Below, piece by piece: positions 37,374 through 47,695 of a stretch of DNA of 64,000 nt; within the stretch, counting starts at the first letter, position 1, and each line of letters opens with the position of its first letter. Location of the stretch: NCBI GenBank assembly GCA_051252135.1, contig JBPOGH010000004.1, forward strand, positions 193,591-257,590. The letters are read 5' to 3'. Made by a program: the position numbers and the translations under genes. The stretch comes from Verrucomicrobiaceae bacterium (GTDB taxonomy: Bacteria > Verrucomicrobiota > Verrucomicrobiia > Verrucomicrobiales > Akkermansiaceae). The notes under the pieces were generated by a model. That model searched no databases. It saw nothing but the letters and a program-made list of their open reading frames with translations, and was not told the DNA's origin.

Positions 37374-37838
37374 CTAGCCCTCGCCATTGGGTTCGATCCA
37401 ATGGAGGGGGGTGATGCCCTTGCTGATGAACTTGGCCCAGTATCGTTGTTCGAGGGGGGCGGTTTTGGCCTGGCGGGCTTTATCATCGAGCGCGAGGTAG
37501 GCGGGTTCGCCGATTTCCTTGATGGTGTCGCGTTCGGCGAGGCGGACCATGAGTTCTTCCCAGAAGGAGGAATTGCGGAATTCCTCGAGGCATTGCTGGA
37601 AGTAGGAGTCTTTTTGGAAGTCCTCGGTGACGCGGTTTTTGTTGCGGGCGGGATCGAACTCGATGACGGAGGCCATTCCGTTGTGCTTGGCGGTCTCGAG
37701 GATTTTGCTTTCGACGGCCTCGAAGCGGGCGTAACCGGCCTGATCCTGGTCGGTTTGGTTCATGTTGGCGACGTCCGCGGCGAGGCTCACCATCTCTACG
37801 AGGGTGGCGAGTTCTTCATCGGAAAAGCGGAGGTGCAT
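37374..37838 (-). CDS. Hypothetical protein
   Basis: MHLRFSDEELATL...FWEELMVRLAERD; normal codon usage. Confidence 0.75.
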   Translation of the reverse strand: MHLRFSDEELATLVEMVSLAADVANMNQTDQDQAGYARFEAVESKILETAKHNGMASVIEFDPARNKNRVTEDFQKDSYFQQCLEEFRNSSFWEELMVRLAERDTIKEIGEPAYLALDDKARQAKTAPLEQRYWAKFISKGITPLHWIEPNGEG

Positions 37839-37942
37839 GGACGGGGCAGACAGAAGCACCCCGGAGGGCGGGAGACAAGTTCGCAAATTTCTTGATCGAT
37901 CCCGAAAAATCCGTTTATCTCCGTCCGACAACCAACGTCAGG

Positions 37943-38018
37943 GCGGGATTAGCTCAGTTGGTAGAGCGACTCGTTTACACCGAGTATGTCGGCGGTTCGA
38001 GTCCGTCATCCCGTACCA
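37943..38018 (+). tRNA. tRNA-Val (anticodon TAC), CCA encoded
   Basis: 76-nt cloverleaf: GCGGGAT/ATCCCGT, ACTCG-TTTACAC-CGAGT, GGTTCGAGTCC, ACCA. Confidence 0.98.
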
Positions 38019-38022
38019 TTTT

Positions 38023-39261
38023 TCACTTTTTTGTCCGGGCCGCTTGATTTGCGGCAAATCCGATACGGTGTCCTTCCAGAAAATCGCGGGGGTCGTGTGA
38101 GCGATCAGCCAACAATTCGGGGAGGGAGGCGATGAGGCCGAAGTCGCCCTCGCCATGGCCGTGCCACTGTTCCTGCCAGAAGCTGCGATCGGCTCCGATC
38201 TCTTGTCCGATGGGGATTTGTTCGGTCGGTCCCTCGTGGGGGACGAACTCGAGGCGGGGTTCTTTTTCGGCGCGGGGGAGGATGCCATCGAGGATGCCTT
38301 GGGTGCCGAAGACGCGGATTTTCCGGCCGTTATCGAAGGCGGTCATGGTGTGGGTGGCGGTGACGCCATTTTCGAATTGGATGCCGACGATTTGGTGATC
38401 GGGGGTGTCCTGTCCGCAGCGGTAGGCGCAGCGTCCCCAGTCGCTTGTTTTGAGCCATGCGATGATGGCGGGGTCGTCCATTTGGGCGGCGTCCGGGTGG
38501 ACGGAGGCGAGCCAGTGGCGTTGGTCGGTGAGGTAGCGGTGGGCATCGAAGCGGCAGGAACCGAGGTGCGGGCAGGCATCGGTGCAGCGGTCGGTGGCTC
38601 CTTGGGGGGCTTTGGAGGGTTGGAAGAATGAGCAGGCCTGGTGGCTGGTGACGGTGGCTGCGGGTGCGCCTGCGATCCAGTTGAGGATGTCGGTGTCATG
38701 ACAGCACTTGGCGACGATCATGGGAGTGGACTCGGCGGTGTGGGCCCATTTGCCGCGGACGAAGGCGTGGCTGTGGTGCCAGGGTCCGACTCCTTCGGAG
38801 GATTGGATGGAGATGATTTGGCCGATTGTTCCGGCATCGAGGGTTTTTTTAAGGGCCTGGAAGAAGGGGGAGTAGCGGAGGACGAAGCAGAGGATGAGCT
38901 TGCAGTTGTTAGCGGTGGCGAGACGGGCGAGTTCCTGTGCTTCTTCGAAGTTTTGTGCGGCGGGCTTTTCGAGGAGGACATCGTAGCCGAGGCGCAGAGC
39001 CATGGAGGCGTGTTGGAAGTGCTGCGCGTCCTGGGTGCTGATGAGGGCGACATCGGCCAGTCTTTTGGAGGCCAGGAGTTCTTCGCCGCTCTCGAAAACG
39101 AGGGGGTTTTGGGGTGCGATGATTTGTTGGATCGCGTTGATGGCCGGAGGGGAGATGTCGGCGATGGCGTTGACGCGGTGGCCGAGTTCGAGGGCGGCGC
39201 GCATGTAGGTTCGTCCGCGGACCCCGCAGCCGACGATTGCAAAGGTAAGGGAAGAACTCAT
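38023..39261 (-). CDS. Gfo/Idh/MocA-family oxidoreductase
   Basis: AIVGCGVRG, VLLEKP, HSHAFVRG, KCCHDTD, GHGEGD. Confidence 0.93.
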   Translation of the reverse strand: MSSSLTFAIVGCGVRGRTYMRAALELGHRVNAIADISPPAINAIQQIIAPQNPLVFESGEELLASKRLADVALISTQDAQHFQHASMALRLGYDVLLEKPAAQNFEEAQELARLATANNCKLILCFVLRYSPFFQALKKTLDAGTIGQIISIQSSEGVGPWHHSHAFVRGKWAHTAESTPMIVAKCCHDTDILNWIAGAPAATVTSHQACSFFQPSKAPQGATDRCTDACPHLGSCRFDAHRYLTDQRHWLASVHPDAAQMDDPAIIAWLKTSDWGRCAYRCGQDTPDHQIVGIQFENGVTATHTMTAFDNGRKIRVFGTQGILDGILPRAEKEPRLEFVPHEGPTEQIPIGQEIGADRSFWQEQWHGHGEGDFGLIASLPELLADRSHDPRDFLEGHRIGFAANQAARTKK

Positions 39262-39402
39262 CAGGGGAAGAACAGGGTAGTCCAACGGTGAGGGAAGGGA
39301 CAATTTTTCAAAAGGGATAAATCAAGGCGGGTGGACAGGGGGGGTAAGAATGGACGATCTTTGTAATGGTGCAAGGGGCCCGAAGGTCTCTAGGGTAGGG
39401 CC

Positions 39403-39939
39403 ATGACGTTTGTAATGATTGGGTTGGTGGTGATCCTCCTCTTCGGCGTGATCATGTACAACGGGTTTATTTCGCGGCGGAATGCGATGCGGAATGCTTA
39501 TTCCTCGATTGATGTGCAGCTGAAGAAGCGTTGGGATTTGATTCCGAATTTGGTGGAGACGGTGAAGGGGTATGCGAAGCATGAGCGGGAGGTTCTGGAG
39601 GCGGTGGTGGCAGCGCGACAGGCTCCTCCGGGGTCGAGCCAGAGGTTTTCGAGTGAGCAGAAGGTGGGCTTTGAGGTGGGACGGTTGTTGGCGGTGGCGG
39701 AGGATTATCCGGACTTGAAGGCGAGCGGGCAGTTTTTGAATTTGCAGCGGAATCTGACGGAGGTGGAGAGTCAGATCAGTGCGTCACGGAGGGCCTACAA
39801 TGCGGCGGTGACGGCGTGGAATGAGAGTGTGGAGAGTTTTCCGGGGAATGTATTTGCGGGGTTTTTTAAGTTTGAGCGGGCGGATTGGTTTGAGGCGGGC
39901 GTTGGAGAGCGCGAAAATATTAGTGTGAACTTGTCATGA
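39403..39939 (+). CDS. lemA: LemA family protein
   Basis: IDVQLKKRWDLIPNLVETVKGYA, EDYPDLKA, RRAYN, FPGN. Confidence 0.95.
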   Translation: MTFVMIGLVVILLFGVIMYNGFISRRNAMRNAYSSIDVQLKKRWDLIPNLVETVKGYAKHEREVLEAVVAARQAPPGSSQRFSSEQKVGFEVGRLLAVAEDYPDLKASGQFLNLQRNLTEVESQISASRRAYNAAVTAWNESVESFPGNVFAGFFKFERADWFEAGVGERENISVNLS

Positions 39940-40910
39940 AGTGGGATGTGGATCGGGCGATGCAGGCCTTGCAGGGTGAGACGGAGGCGCTGGAGCGGGT
40001 GCGGCGTGAGATTGTGGAGTTGAGGCGGGAGGGGACGAAGCGGATGTCGTTTGTCCTTTTGGGCGGGTTGTTGGTGGGATTGCTGGCCGCGGTGGTGACG
40101 CAAAGTGCGGTGTCGTTGTTTCTGGCGGTGTTGGTGGTGGTGGTGGGTGCGATTGTGGTGCACTCGAAGTATTTTGGGGATGGGGCGGCGCGGTATCGCT
40201 CGATGTTTAAGGTGGGGTTTGTTGAGAAGTTGGTGCGGCATGTGGAGCCGGCGATGAACTACGCGCCGGGACAGGGGATTTCCGAGGGGGTGTTTATGGC
40301 GTCGGGTCTTTATGGTTCACGGCCGGACCGCTACAGTTCGGAGGATTTGTTGCACGGGATGATCGGGGAGACGAAGGTGATGCTCTCCGAGGTGCATGCG
40401 GAGGAGAAGCATACGACGACGGACTCGAAGGGGAATACGCGGACGCAGTGGGTGACGATCTTTAAGGGGATTTTTATGACTGCCGACTTTAATAAGGAGT
40501 TCCGTGCTCCGGTCTCGGTGATGCCTGATGTGGCGGAGCGACACTTCGGTTGGATCGGGAAGAAGCTGCAGAAGCTGGGCGGGAACTTGCAGAAGCTGGA
40601 GAGTCCGGAGTTTGAGGAAATGTTTGTGGTGCGCGGAGTGGATGCGGTGGAGACGCGCTACATTTTAACACCGAAGATGCAGGAGAGTCTGGTGGATCTG
40701 CGCAAGCGGGTGGGCGACGGGCTGCGGGTGGTTTTTGCGGATTCGCATGTGTGGTTGGCGATTCCGAATAAGGAGAATTGGTTTGAGGGCGATCTGTTTC
40801 GCTCGGCGCATGATCGGGCGCAGGCGGAGAGTCTGCTGGGTCAGTTGCGCAGCTGTTTTATGATCGTGGAGGATCTTGATCTGAATACGCGGATTTGGAC
40901 GAAGGATTGA
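39936..40910 (+). CDS. DUF3137-domain membrane protein
   Basis: Two TM helices, EDLLHG, FKGIF, LESPEFE, RYILTP, DLDLNTRIWTK. Translationally coupled to lemA. Confidence 0.85.
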   Translation: MKWDVDRAMQALQGETEALERVRREIVELRREGTKRMSFVLLGGLLVGLLAAVVTQSAVSLFLAVLVVVVGAIVVHSKYFGDGAARYRSMFKVGFVEKLVRHVEPAMNYAPGQGISEGVFMASGLYGSRPDRYSSEDLLHGMIGETKVMLSEVHAEEKHTTTDSKGNTRTQWVTIFKGIFMTADFNKEFRAPVSVMPDVAERHFGWIGKKLQKLGGNLQKLESPEFEEMFVVRGVDAVETRYILTPKMQESLVDLRKRVGDGLRVVFADSHVWLAIPNKENWFEGDLFRSAHDRAQAESLLGQLRSCFMIVEDLDLNTRIWTKD

Positions 40911-40986
40911 GGGAAAAAAATCCTAAATTCTAGATGGGGAAATGGGAAACCTTGGTTGGGGGGGAGCGCGAGGGCGCGAAGTTTTT

Positions 40987-42006
40987 TTAAGGCTTGGTTG
41001 GGGGGGAGATTTTTTTGAGGAGGGTGGTGACGGTGAGGGCGGGGTCGGTCCAGGTGGTGGTTTTCAGGACGGCCTTTTCGTGATCTGTTAGAGGGAGGCG
41101 CCATTGGTCGACGAAGGTGGGGGCGAGGTCTTTTTTGGCGGCGAGGGAGGAGGCGAGATACCAGGTGAGGCATTGGGAGCGTGCGCCGGGGAGTCCTTCT
41201 CCGGGGATGGCGGGGGCGGTGTCGAGGTGCTGGTAGAAGGACTTGAGCCAGTCGTCTCCGTGTTCTTTCCAAAGCTTGAGCATGGCGGAGGCGTACATGA
41301 CGTTTTGATCGCTGGGGCGGATGTCGAGGCGGTTGCCTTTTTCGTGACCACCGACGGCATTGGTGAAGGTGTTGAGGAATTTGAGGTCGCTCCTGGCGTA
41401 GACGTCGATGGCGCGGTTGATGGTTTCGCGGGTGCGGGGGTCGTTATCGTATCCCTTGAGTTGATCAATGCAGACGTAGCGCATGAAGACGGCGAAGCCG
41501 GTGGTGAAGACGCTGTGCTTGTGTCCGTAGGTGTAGAAGTTCCGCCCCATTTCGTAGTAGTAGGCGTGGGGGATGGCCTTGTTGTTCTTTTCGAAGCCGG
41601 GGAGGTGGCCATCGTAGAAGTGGGTCATTTCGATTCCGGTGGAGCCGACGTATCCGCATCCGTATCCGCATGAGAGTCCGTTGTGGGGGAGGGCGCAGAT
41701 GGTGGCCTTGCCGTTGACGTTTCGGTGGAGGCGCGGGTTTTTACCGGTGAACTTTTGGTAGACTTCCCAGCCGCCATCGAGGCGGGCGAGGAACTTTTCG
41801 ATGGTGGGGGCATCGAGTCCGTCGGTGAGGGTGATGAGGGCGACGTGCCTGCCCTCCCAGGGATACATTTGGGTGTCGATTTTCTTTTCGGCCCAGCGGT
41901 CGGGGTAGAAGGCGAGCTTTGAGTAGTCGATGGGGTCGCCTGCTTTAAATTCCGCACGGGCGAAGGTGGCGGAGAGGGTGAGGAGCAGGAGGGTCTGAAA
42001 TTTCAT
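40987..42006 (-). CDS. Secreted hypothetical protein with degenerate zincin-like motif (YEMGRNF)
   Basis: Signal MKFQTLLLLTLSATFARA, CGYGCGYVG, YYEMGRNFY. Confidence 0.75.
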   Translation of the reverse strand: MKFQTLLLLTLSATFARAEFKAGDPIDYSKLAFYPDRWAEKKIDTQMYPWEGRHVALITLTDGLDAPTIEKFLARLDGGWEVYQKFTGKNPRLHRNVNGKATICALPHNGLSCGYGCGYVGSTGIEMTHFYDGHLPGFEKNNKAIPHAYYYEMGRNFYTYGHKHSVFTTGFAVFMRYVCIDQLKGYDNDPRTRETINRAIDVYARSDLKFLNTFTNAVGGHEKGNRLDIRPSDQNVMYASAMLKLWKEHGDDWLKSFYQHLDTAPAIPGEGLPGARSQCLTWYLASSLAAKKDLAPTFVDQWRLPLTDHEKAVLKTTTWTDPALTVTTLLKKISPPTKP

Positions 42007-42054
42007 GACGACATGAAATGGCAGGATGAGGGGGGAATGCAATCCCGGAAGGGG

Positions 42055-44580
42055 TCAGCGGCGGTTGGGATTTCCGGTCCTTTTGGGAGGGGGGGAGAAG
42101 ATGACGTCGAGCTTTCCTTTTCGCGGTTGGGTGAAGGGGGAGGAGTTCCAGGAGGGTTTGGTGAAGTCCCCGGTGCCGCGGAACTGGAAGAGGCCTTTGA
42201 GGGGGGTGAGGGGGATGGCGATGAGGCCGAGGAGGCCGCGGGCATTGACGCGGATGGTCATGTCCATCTTGTTGGTCTTGAGGTCGATCCAGCCATCGCC
42301 GGTGAGGACGATGCTGGTGGAGACGGCGACGATGTCATTGGATTGCCAGACGCCGTTTTTGACGATGAAGGAGGCGGAGGCGTCCTTGGCCCGTTCGTAG
42401 CCGGCTTGTTTGTTGCCGAGGATTCCGGCCATGATGGGGGAGAGGGGGCCGAGGACGGGGAGGGAGACGAGGTTTCCCTGTTGGAGGCCGAGGGCGCCGG
42501 TGGCGTTGAAATTACGAATGTCATTTCCTCCTCCGGAGAAGCGGATTTTACCGGCGAGGGTTCCTTCCTCGACTTCTTTGAATTGGTAAACCTTTGAAAG
42601 GGCGGGGAAGGAGATGCGGTCCCACTGGAGTTCGCCCTGGTAGGTGGTGGGGTCATCGATGCCGACCTGGACGCGGACTTTTCCTCCGGCGACTCCCTCG
42701 AGTGACTCGAAGGCGAGTCGGTCGACGGCGAGGTCGAGGCCGCGCATGGAGATGTCTGCGGTGAGGCGCTTGAGGGGAAGGATGCGGCCGAGGAAGGGGT
42801 AGTCGGTCTGGCCGGTGGTGCGGAGGGTGATGGCGAAGACGGTGTCCTGGGGTCGGTCTTTGATGCCCTGGAAGGTGCCGTTGAGGGTGAGGGTGGGCGG
42901 GTTGTGGAAGCGGTAGTTGCGCTCGATGTTGTCAGCGGTCTTGGGCGCGAAGGCGCGGATGACGGGGGTGGGCCAGAAGGTGCCGCGAAGGTTGCTGACG
43001 GTGGTGATTTTTGTTTTGCGGTCGATGTGGATGCGGTCGGTGCGGAAGGGCTCGGAGGCGGGGCCCTGGTAGCGCCGGCGGGCGTTTTCATTTTCATCGT
43101 TGAGGGAGGCGTTGACGCGGGAGAATTCGATTTTTTCGGGGGTGAACTCGAAGTCTGCGGAGAGTTGGTGGAGTGAGATGTCCCGGTAGGTGAGGCCGGT
43201 GCTGTGCATTTTACCGCGGGCGATTCCGTCCTTCAGATCGTTCCGCTTCATGTGGCCTTTGACATCGACGGCGACGATGGATTGGGGGCCGAATTTGAAG
43301 CGGGAGATGATTTTTTCGGTGGCGCTTTCATCGGCGATGAAGGGTGAGAAGGCGTCGAGGGGGAGGGTGGAGCGGACTTTGTAGCGGATGTCCTCTCCCT
43401 TGATGAGGAGTTCGCCGGTGAGGCTGCCTTTTGTGTGGGTGACTTTGAGTCCGAGGAGGAAGAGGTCGCCATCGTGCCAGGAGAACATGGATTCGAGTCC
43501 CTCGTAGGAGCCGTCGAGGAACTGGAAGGGGCCGAGGACGGCGTCGCCTTTTACGCGGACGGAGAAGGAGTTGTCATCGCGTTGGGCGAGGCTGCCCTGG
43601 AAGTTGAGGAAGGGAGGGGATTCCTGTTTGAGTTCGGTGAGGACTTCGATGCCGAAGCAGGATTTGAGGAAGTGCTGGAGGCGGAGGGAGGAGGTGAGGT
43701 TGAAGCGGCCTTCCTTGCGGGTGAAATCCCAATCGGCCTGTCCTTCGGCCTGTCCGTCGTCATCGGCGAGGAGGATGCGGTCGATGGTGACGAGCTGGGA
43801 GCGCATGTCGCCATTGATCCGGAGGGTGCCAAGGGAGTATTCGTTGCGGACGAGGGAGTTGGCTTCGAGGCTGAACTCGGTGACGATTTTTTCCGGTTTG
43901 TTGAGATCGCCGCGGACGGAGAAGGAGATTTCCGGCGGGGAGTCGGCGGGGATTTCCCAGCGGGCGAGCTCGTCGAGGATGGGGCGGAGGATGCGGTCGA
44001 CGTTGGCGGCTTTGCGGGGTTCGTCGTGGTCGATCTCCCGGCTGGGGAGTTTGAGATCAGCTTCCAGTTGGACCTTGAGGCCTTCGATGAGGGCGGTGGC
44101 CTTGCGGATTCGGATTCGGTTCTCGGAATCGATGAAGACGGCGGCGGTGACGTCGCGGGCGTGGATTGATTCTTCTCCGTCCTCGGTCGAGACGGTGGTG
44201 CTGCCGCCGGTGACGATGATTTCGCGGAGTTCGAACTGGCCGCGGATGGCGAGGGATTTGTCGATGTCGATGGAAAGGTAGTCTGCGGTGAGCGCAGGCA
44301 TTTCGTCATCGGGATGCCGGTAGAAGGAGGCTTTGGTGGCGACGAGTCCCTTGCGTGGGCTGAAGTGGAGGGATTCGAATTGGACCTCGATTCCGTTTTT
44401 TGAAAGTTCGGAGCGGATCCACTCGCCGTATTGGCCGGGGAATCCGACTTGGTTGAGGTAGATGATTCCGCCGACCAAGGTGATCACGGCGAGGATGAGC
44501 CCGGTGATGACGAGGTTTTTGATGAAGCGAAAAAACGATCCCACGGGCTGCAAGATAGCGGGAGGAACGCGAACAATCAA
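42055..44580 (-). CDS. AsmA-like (repeating beta-groove) envelope protein
   Basis: N-terminal TM, long beta-rich body, C-terminus LTGDGWIDL...FRGTGDFTKPSW. Start uncertain (possibly GTG near 44544). Confidence 0.8.
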   Translation of the reverse strand: MIVRVPPAILQPVGSFFRFIKNLVITGLILAVITLVGGIIYLNQVGFPGQYGEWIRSELSKNGIEVQFESLHFSPRKGLVATKASFYRHPDDEMPALTADYLSIDIDKSLAIRGQFELREIIVTGGSTTVSTEDGEESIHARDVTAAVFIDSENRIRIRKATALIEGLKVQLEADLKLPSREIDHDEPRKAANVDRILRPILDELARWEIPADSPPEISFSVRGDLNKPEKIVTEFSLEANSLVRNEYSLGTLRINGDMRSQLVTIDRILLADDDGQAEGQADWDFTRKEGRFNLTSSLRLQHFLKSCFGIEVLTELKQESPPFLNFQGSLAQRDDNSFSVRVKGDAVLGPFQFLDGSYEGLESMFSWHDGDLFLLGLKVTHTKGSLTGELLIKGEDIRYKVRSTLPLDAFSPFIADESATEKIISRFKFGPQSIVAVDVKGHMKRNDLKDGIARGKMHSTGLTYRDISLHQLSADFEFTPEKIEFSRVNASLNDENENARRRYQGPASEPFRTDRIHIDRKTKITTVSNLRGTFWPTPVIRAFAPKTADNIERNYRFHNPPTLTLNGTFQGIKDRPQDTVFAITLRTTGQTDYPFLGRILPLKRLTADISMRGLDLAVDRLAFESLEGVAGGKVRVQVGIDDPTTYQGELQWDRISFPALSKVYQFKEVEEGTLAGKIRFSGGGNDIRNFNATGALGLQQGNLVSLPVLGPLSPIMAGILGNKQAGYERAKDASASFIVKNGVWQSNDIVAVSTSIVLTGDGWIDLKTNKMDMTIRVNARGLLGLIAIPLTPLKGLFQFRGTGDFTKPSWNSSPFTQPRKGKLDVIFSPPPKRTGNPNRR

Positions 44581-45485
44581 GGAACAGGAGTTTGCTCGAG
44601 GGCGGCGGCGAGCAAATGTTCGGGATCGGGGGTGGCTTCCGAGAGGATGCGGTGGCGCAGGACGTGGGGGAAGACGGTTTGGACGTGATCGGGGAGGACG
44701 GAGTCCTGGTCATCGAGGAGGGCGGCGGCCTGGGCGGCGCGTTGGAGGGCAAGGGTGGCGCGGGTGGAGACGGCGTGATCGTTTCCGACGACGGTGCGGA
44801 TGCTCTGGCAGAGGCTGAGGAGGTAGCGCTGAAGGTTCTCCGAGACGGGGAGGGTGGCGCACTGTTCCTGTAGGGAGCGAAGGGTGTCGAGGGTGAGGAT
44901 TTCCGACTGATCGGTGGTGCCTTGTTGATCGACGTGGTAGCGGAGGATGGCGAGCTGGGTTTGATCGTCCGGCAGGCTCATGGGGATGGAGAGGAGGAAG
45001 CGGTCGAGCTGGGGCTCGGGGAGGGGGAAGGTGCCGGTGGAGGAGGTGTCGTTTTGGGTGGCGACGACCATGAAGGGGTCAGGGAGGGTGCGGGTGTCGC
45101 CATCGATGGTGACCTGGTGTTCATTCATCGCTTCGAGGAGGGAGGACTGGGTGCGGGGGGAGGCGCGGTTGATCTCGTCGGCGAGGAGGAGGTTGGCGAA
45201 GACGGGGCCGGCGATGAAGTCGAACTCGCCGGTTTGGGGGCGGCAGAGATTGTAGCCGAGAATGTCGGAGGGGAGGAGGTCGGGGGTGAACTGGACGCGG
45301 CGGAAGGAGCCGCCGACGGCGGTGGCGAGAGTTTGAGCGAGGGTGGTTTTTCCGATTCCCGGAGGGCCGGTGACGAGGGCGTGGCCGCGGCCGACGAGAG
45401 AGATGAGGAGGAGGTCTACGGCTTCGGTGGATCCGAGAACGGAGGAGAGGAGGCGGTCGCGAAGGGGAGAGAGAGGGGAAGACAT
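44577..45485 (-). CDS. MoxR-family AAA+ ATPase
   Basis: GPPGIGKT, RVQFTPDLLPSD, LADEINRA, ATQN, QLDRF. Confidence 0.95.
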   Translation of the reverse strand: MSSPLSPLRDRLLSSVLGSTEAVDLLLISLVGRGHALVTGPPGIGKTTLAQTLATAVGGSFRRVQFTPDLLPSDILGYNLCRPQTGEFDFIAGPVFANLLLADEINRASPRTQSSLLEAMNEHQVTIDGDTRTLPDPFMVVATQNDTSSTGTFPLPEPQLDRFLLSIPMSLPDDQTQLAILRYHVDQQGTTDQSEILTLDTLRSLQEQCATLPVSENLQRYLLSLCQSIRTVVGNDHAVSTRATLALQRAAQAAALLDDQDSVLPDHVQTVFPHVLRHRILSEATPDPEHLLAAALEQTPVP

Positions 45486-45491
45486 TGGGGG

Positions 45492-46373
45492 CTAATTGCG
45501 GAGGAGGAATTCCGAGTAGGGTTCTTCGGCGGTTTTGATGGCGCGGACTTTTAGGAGGGGGAGTCGGTCGCTGCCGATGGTCTCGAAGGTGAGGGTGCCG
45601 GAGGCTTTGACCCAGGAGTCGTTGGGTGGGTCGGGGGTGGGTTGATCGAATTCCATGGCGAGGCCGACGACCTGGAGGTCGGCGGCGCAGCAGGTGATGA
45701 CGGAGCGGTAGATGCGGCGGCGGAGGCCGGATTCGTTGTGGTCCTTTTGGGTGGTGAGGCGGCCTTCGAACTCGACGGGGAGTCCTTCGAAGATGCCCTC
45801 GACCTCGCGGTCGCCAGCGACATAGGCGGCGGTGACGAGGGAGAGTTCGAATTCGCCTTCGGCATTCTTCGGGATGCGTTTTTCGAGGTCTTCGAGGGTG
45901 AAGGCGGGTGTTTCGACGAGGGAGGCGAGGGCGTCTTTTCCTACTTCACTGCGCTTGGACATCCCGAACTCCGAGAGGCGGTCCTGGGTGAAGTAGAGGG
46001 CGGCGGCAAGGGGGAGGACGGTGAGGGCGAAGGTGACGAGGGGGCCGTGGCCATCGTGCTCATGGAGGCAGTCGGCGCAGTCGTCATGGTGTTCATGATC
46101 GTGGTGGTCGTGATGCCCGTGGGCGCAGTCGTGATGGTCGTGCTCATCGTGGTGATGGTGATCGTGGCCGCAGGAGGATTCCTCCTCCTTTTCCGAAGGG
46201 TTGATGAGGGAGTAGAGTCCGAGGATGAGGATGCCGATGCCGCCACAGAGGATGAGGGTGTGGAAGTCCGGGGCGAGGTATTTTTGGACCCGGAGGGAGT
46301 GGTAGAAGTAGACGAGGACGGAGCCCCAGATGATGGCGATGAGGCCGAAGAGGCGGGTGTGGAGGGAGGTCAT
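45492..46373 (-). CDS. TIGR03943 / DUF1980 (YcgQ-like) permease-associated membrane protein with His-rich loop
   Basis: TM helices, long H/D/C-rich tract, ITCCAAD, WVKASG. Confidence 0.85.
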   Translation of the reverse strand: MTSLHTRLFGLIAIIWGSVLVYFYHSLRVQKYLAPDFHTLILCGGIGILILGLYSLINPSEKEEESSCGHDHHHHDEHDHHDCAHGHHDHHDHEHHDDCADCLHEHDGHGPLVTFALTVLPLAAALYFTQDRLSEFGMSKRSEVGKDALASLVETPAFTLEDLEKRIPKNAEGEFELSLVTAAYVAGDREVEGIFEGLPVEFEGRLTTQKDHNESGLRRRIYRSVITCCAADLQVVGLAMEFDQPTPDPPNDSWVKASGTLTFETIGSDRLPLLKVRAIKTAEEPYSEFLLRN

Positions 46374-47287
46374 CGGGTGCCTCCTTCCCAGCGGTAGATG
46401 GCGCCCTCGAAGAAGAGGGAGAGGGCACCGGTGGCGATGAAGAGGCCGATGAGGAGGAGCCAGATGAACTTCCAGCGGAAGACGGTGGAGTAGAGGAAGA
46501 CGAGCTTGGCGTCCATCATGGGGCCGAAGACCATGAAGGCGAGCTTGGGGCCGTATTTGAAATTACCGATATTGGCGGCGATGAAGGCATCCGAGGTGGA
46601 GCAGAGGCTGAGGATGAAGGCGAGGACCATCATGGCGGGGGTGCCGAGGAGGGAGTTGTCCGCGAGGCCCTTCCAGAAGTCCGAGTTGGGGTCGATGGCG
46701 GTGGTCTTGAGGAGGGAGGTGAGGATGACGCCGATGGTGAAGTAGAGTCCCACGTCCATGAGGTCACGGAGTGAGTTGTTCATGGCGGACTTGAGATTGC
46801 GCGGGTGCTGGTGGGCGTGCTCGTCGGCTTTTGCCGAAGGCTTGAGGAAGCGGTCATGGGCGATGCGGGCCATGATGAGGCCGACGAGGACGGCGAGGAT
46901 GTATCCCATGCCGAGGCGGGAGCCGGAGATGAGGTAGGAATTGTTAAAGGCTTTGAAGGTGCTGACCGCGGTGACGGGGTTGAAGATGGGGGCGGCGAGC
47001 ATGTAGGTGAGCGCGCAGGAGACGGGGAGGCCGTTCTTTACCAAGCGTCTGATGACGGGGACGACGGCACACTCGCAGACGGGGAAGATGGCGCCGAGGA
47101 GTCCGCTCATCATGATGGCGGCGGTGCGGTTCCGGGGGAGGTATCGCTCGAAGGCATCGCGCGGGAGGTAGGTCCCGAGGAATCCGCTGACGATGGTGCC
47201 GAGGAAGATGAAGGGCAGGCCTTCGAGAAAGATCGCGAGGAACTCAAAGGAGCCGTCCTGAAGTTGCGATTGGCTGTCGTATTCCAC
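46370..47287 (-). CDS. DUF318 (YcgR-like) permease
   Basis: EGLPFIFLG, FPVCECAVVPV, AAPIFNP, LSLCSTSDAFIA, FGPMMD. Confidence 0.92.
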   Translation of the reverse strand: MEYDSQSQLQDGSFEFLAIFLEGLPFIFLGTIVSGFLGTYLPRDAFERYLPRNRTAAIMMSGLLGAIFPVCECAVVPVIRRLVKNGLPVSCALTYMLAAPIFNPVTAVSTFKAFNNSYLISGSRLGMGYILAVLVGLIMARIAHDRFLKPSAKADEHAHQHPRNLKSAMNNSLRDLMDVGLYFTIGVILTSLLKTTAIDPNSDFWKGLADNSLLGTPAMMVLAFILSLCSTSDAFIAANIGNFKYGPKLAFMVFGPMMDAKLVFLYSTVFRWKFIWLLLIGLFIATGALSLFFEGAIYRWEGGTR

Positions 47288-47343
47288 GGGGAGAAGAGAA
47301 GGGTAAGATTGCCGGTAAGCAATCTAACTTTCGGGAGAGGTTG

Positions 47344-47676
47344 TTATTTGAGCTCGAAGTCCCAGAGGTACTTTTGATTGATCTCAAAGGTTTTGGTGCC
47401 GGTTTCGACGGGGGAGTTTTGGGCGGTGGCGGCCCAGTTATAGGTGCCGGCGGGGAGATCGATGGTGAGTTTTGATTTGGCGGGGACGGGGATCATTTTG
47501 GTCTCGGGGCCCTTGACGCCGACCATGATTTGTTTGGGGCTGAGATTTCTGAGGGTGATCTCGGGTTGGTAGGTTGCGGGAGGGGCGGAGGTGGAGGTGT
47601 CGACGACCACGGGCTCCTGATAAGGGGCGCAGGCGGCCAGGAAAGAGAGCAGGAGAGGGAGGAGGAGCAGCTTCAT
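47344..47676 (-). CDS. Lipoprotein, hypothetical
   Basis: Lipobox LAAC; LPAGTY beta-sandwich motif. Confidence 0.8.
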   Translation of the reverse strand: MKLLLLPLLLSFLAACAPYQEPVVVDTSTSAPPATYQPEITLRNLSPKQIMVGVKGPETKMIPVPAKSKLTIDLPAGTYNWAATAQNSPVETGTKTFEINQKYLWDFELK

Positions 47677-47695
47677 GGGGAGTTATTTGGCCGGG

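Noticed and set aside
37943..39400. Island integrated at tRNA-Val (the oxidoreductase stop lies 4 nt from the CCA)
   Set aside because: No duplicated tRNA 3' end, integrase or clear compositional shift found downstream.
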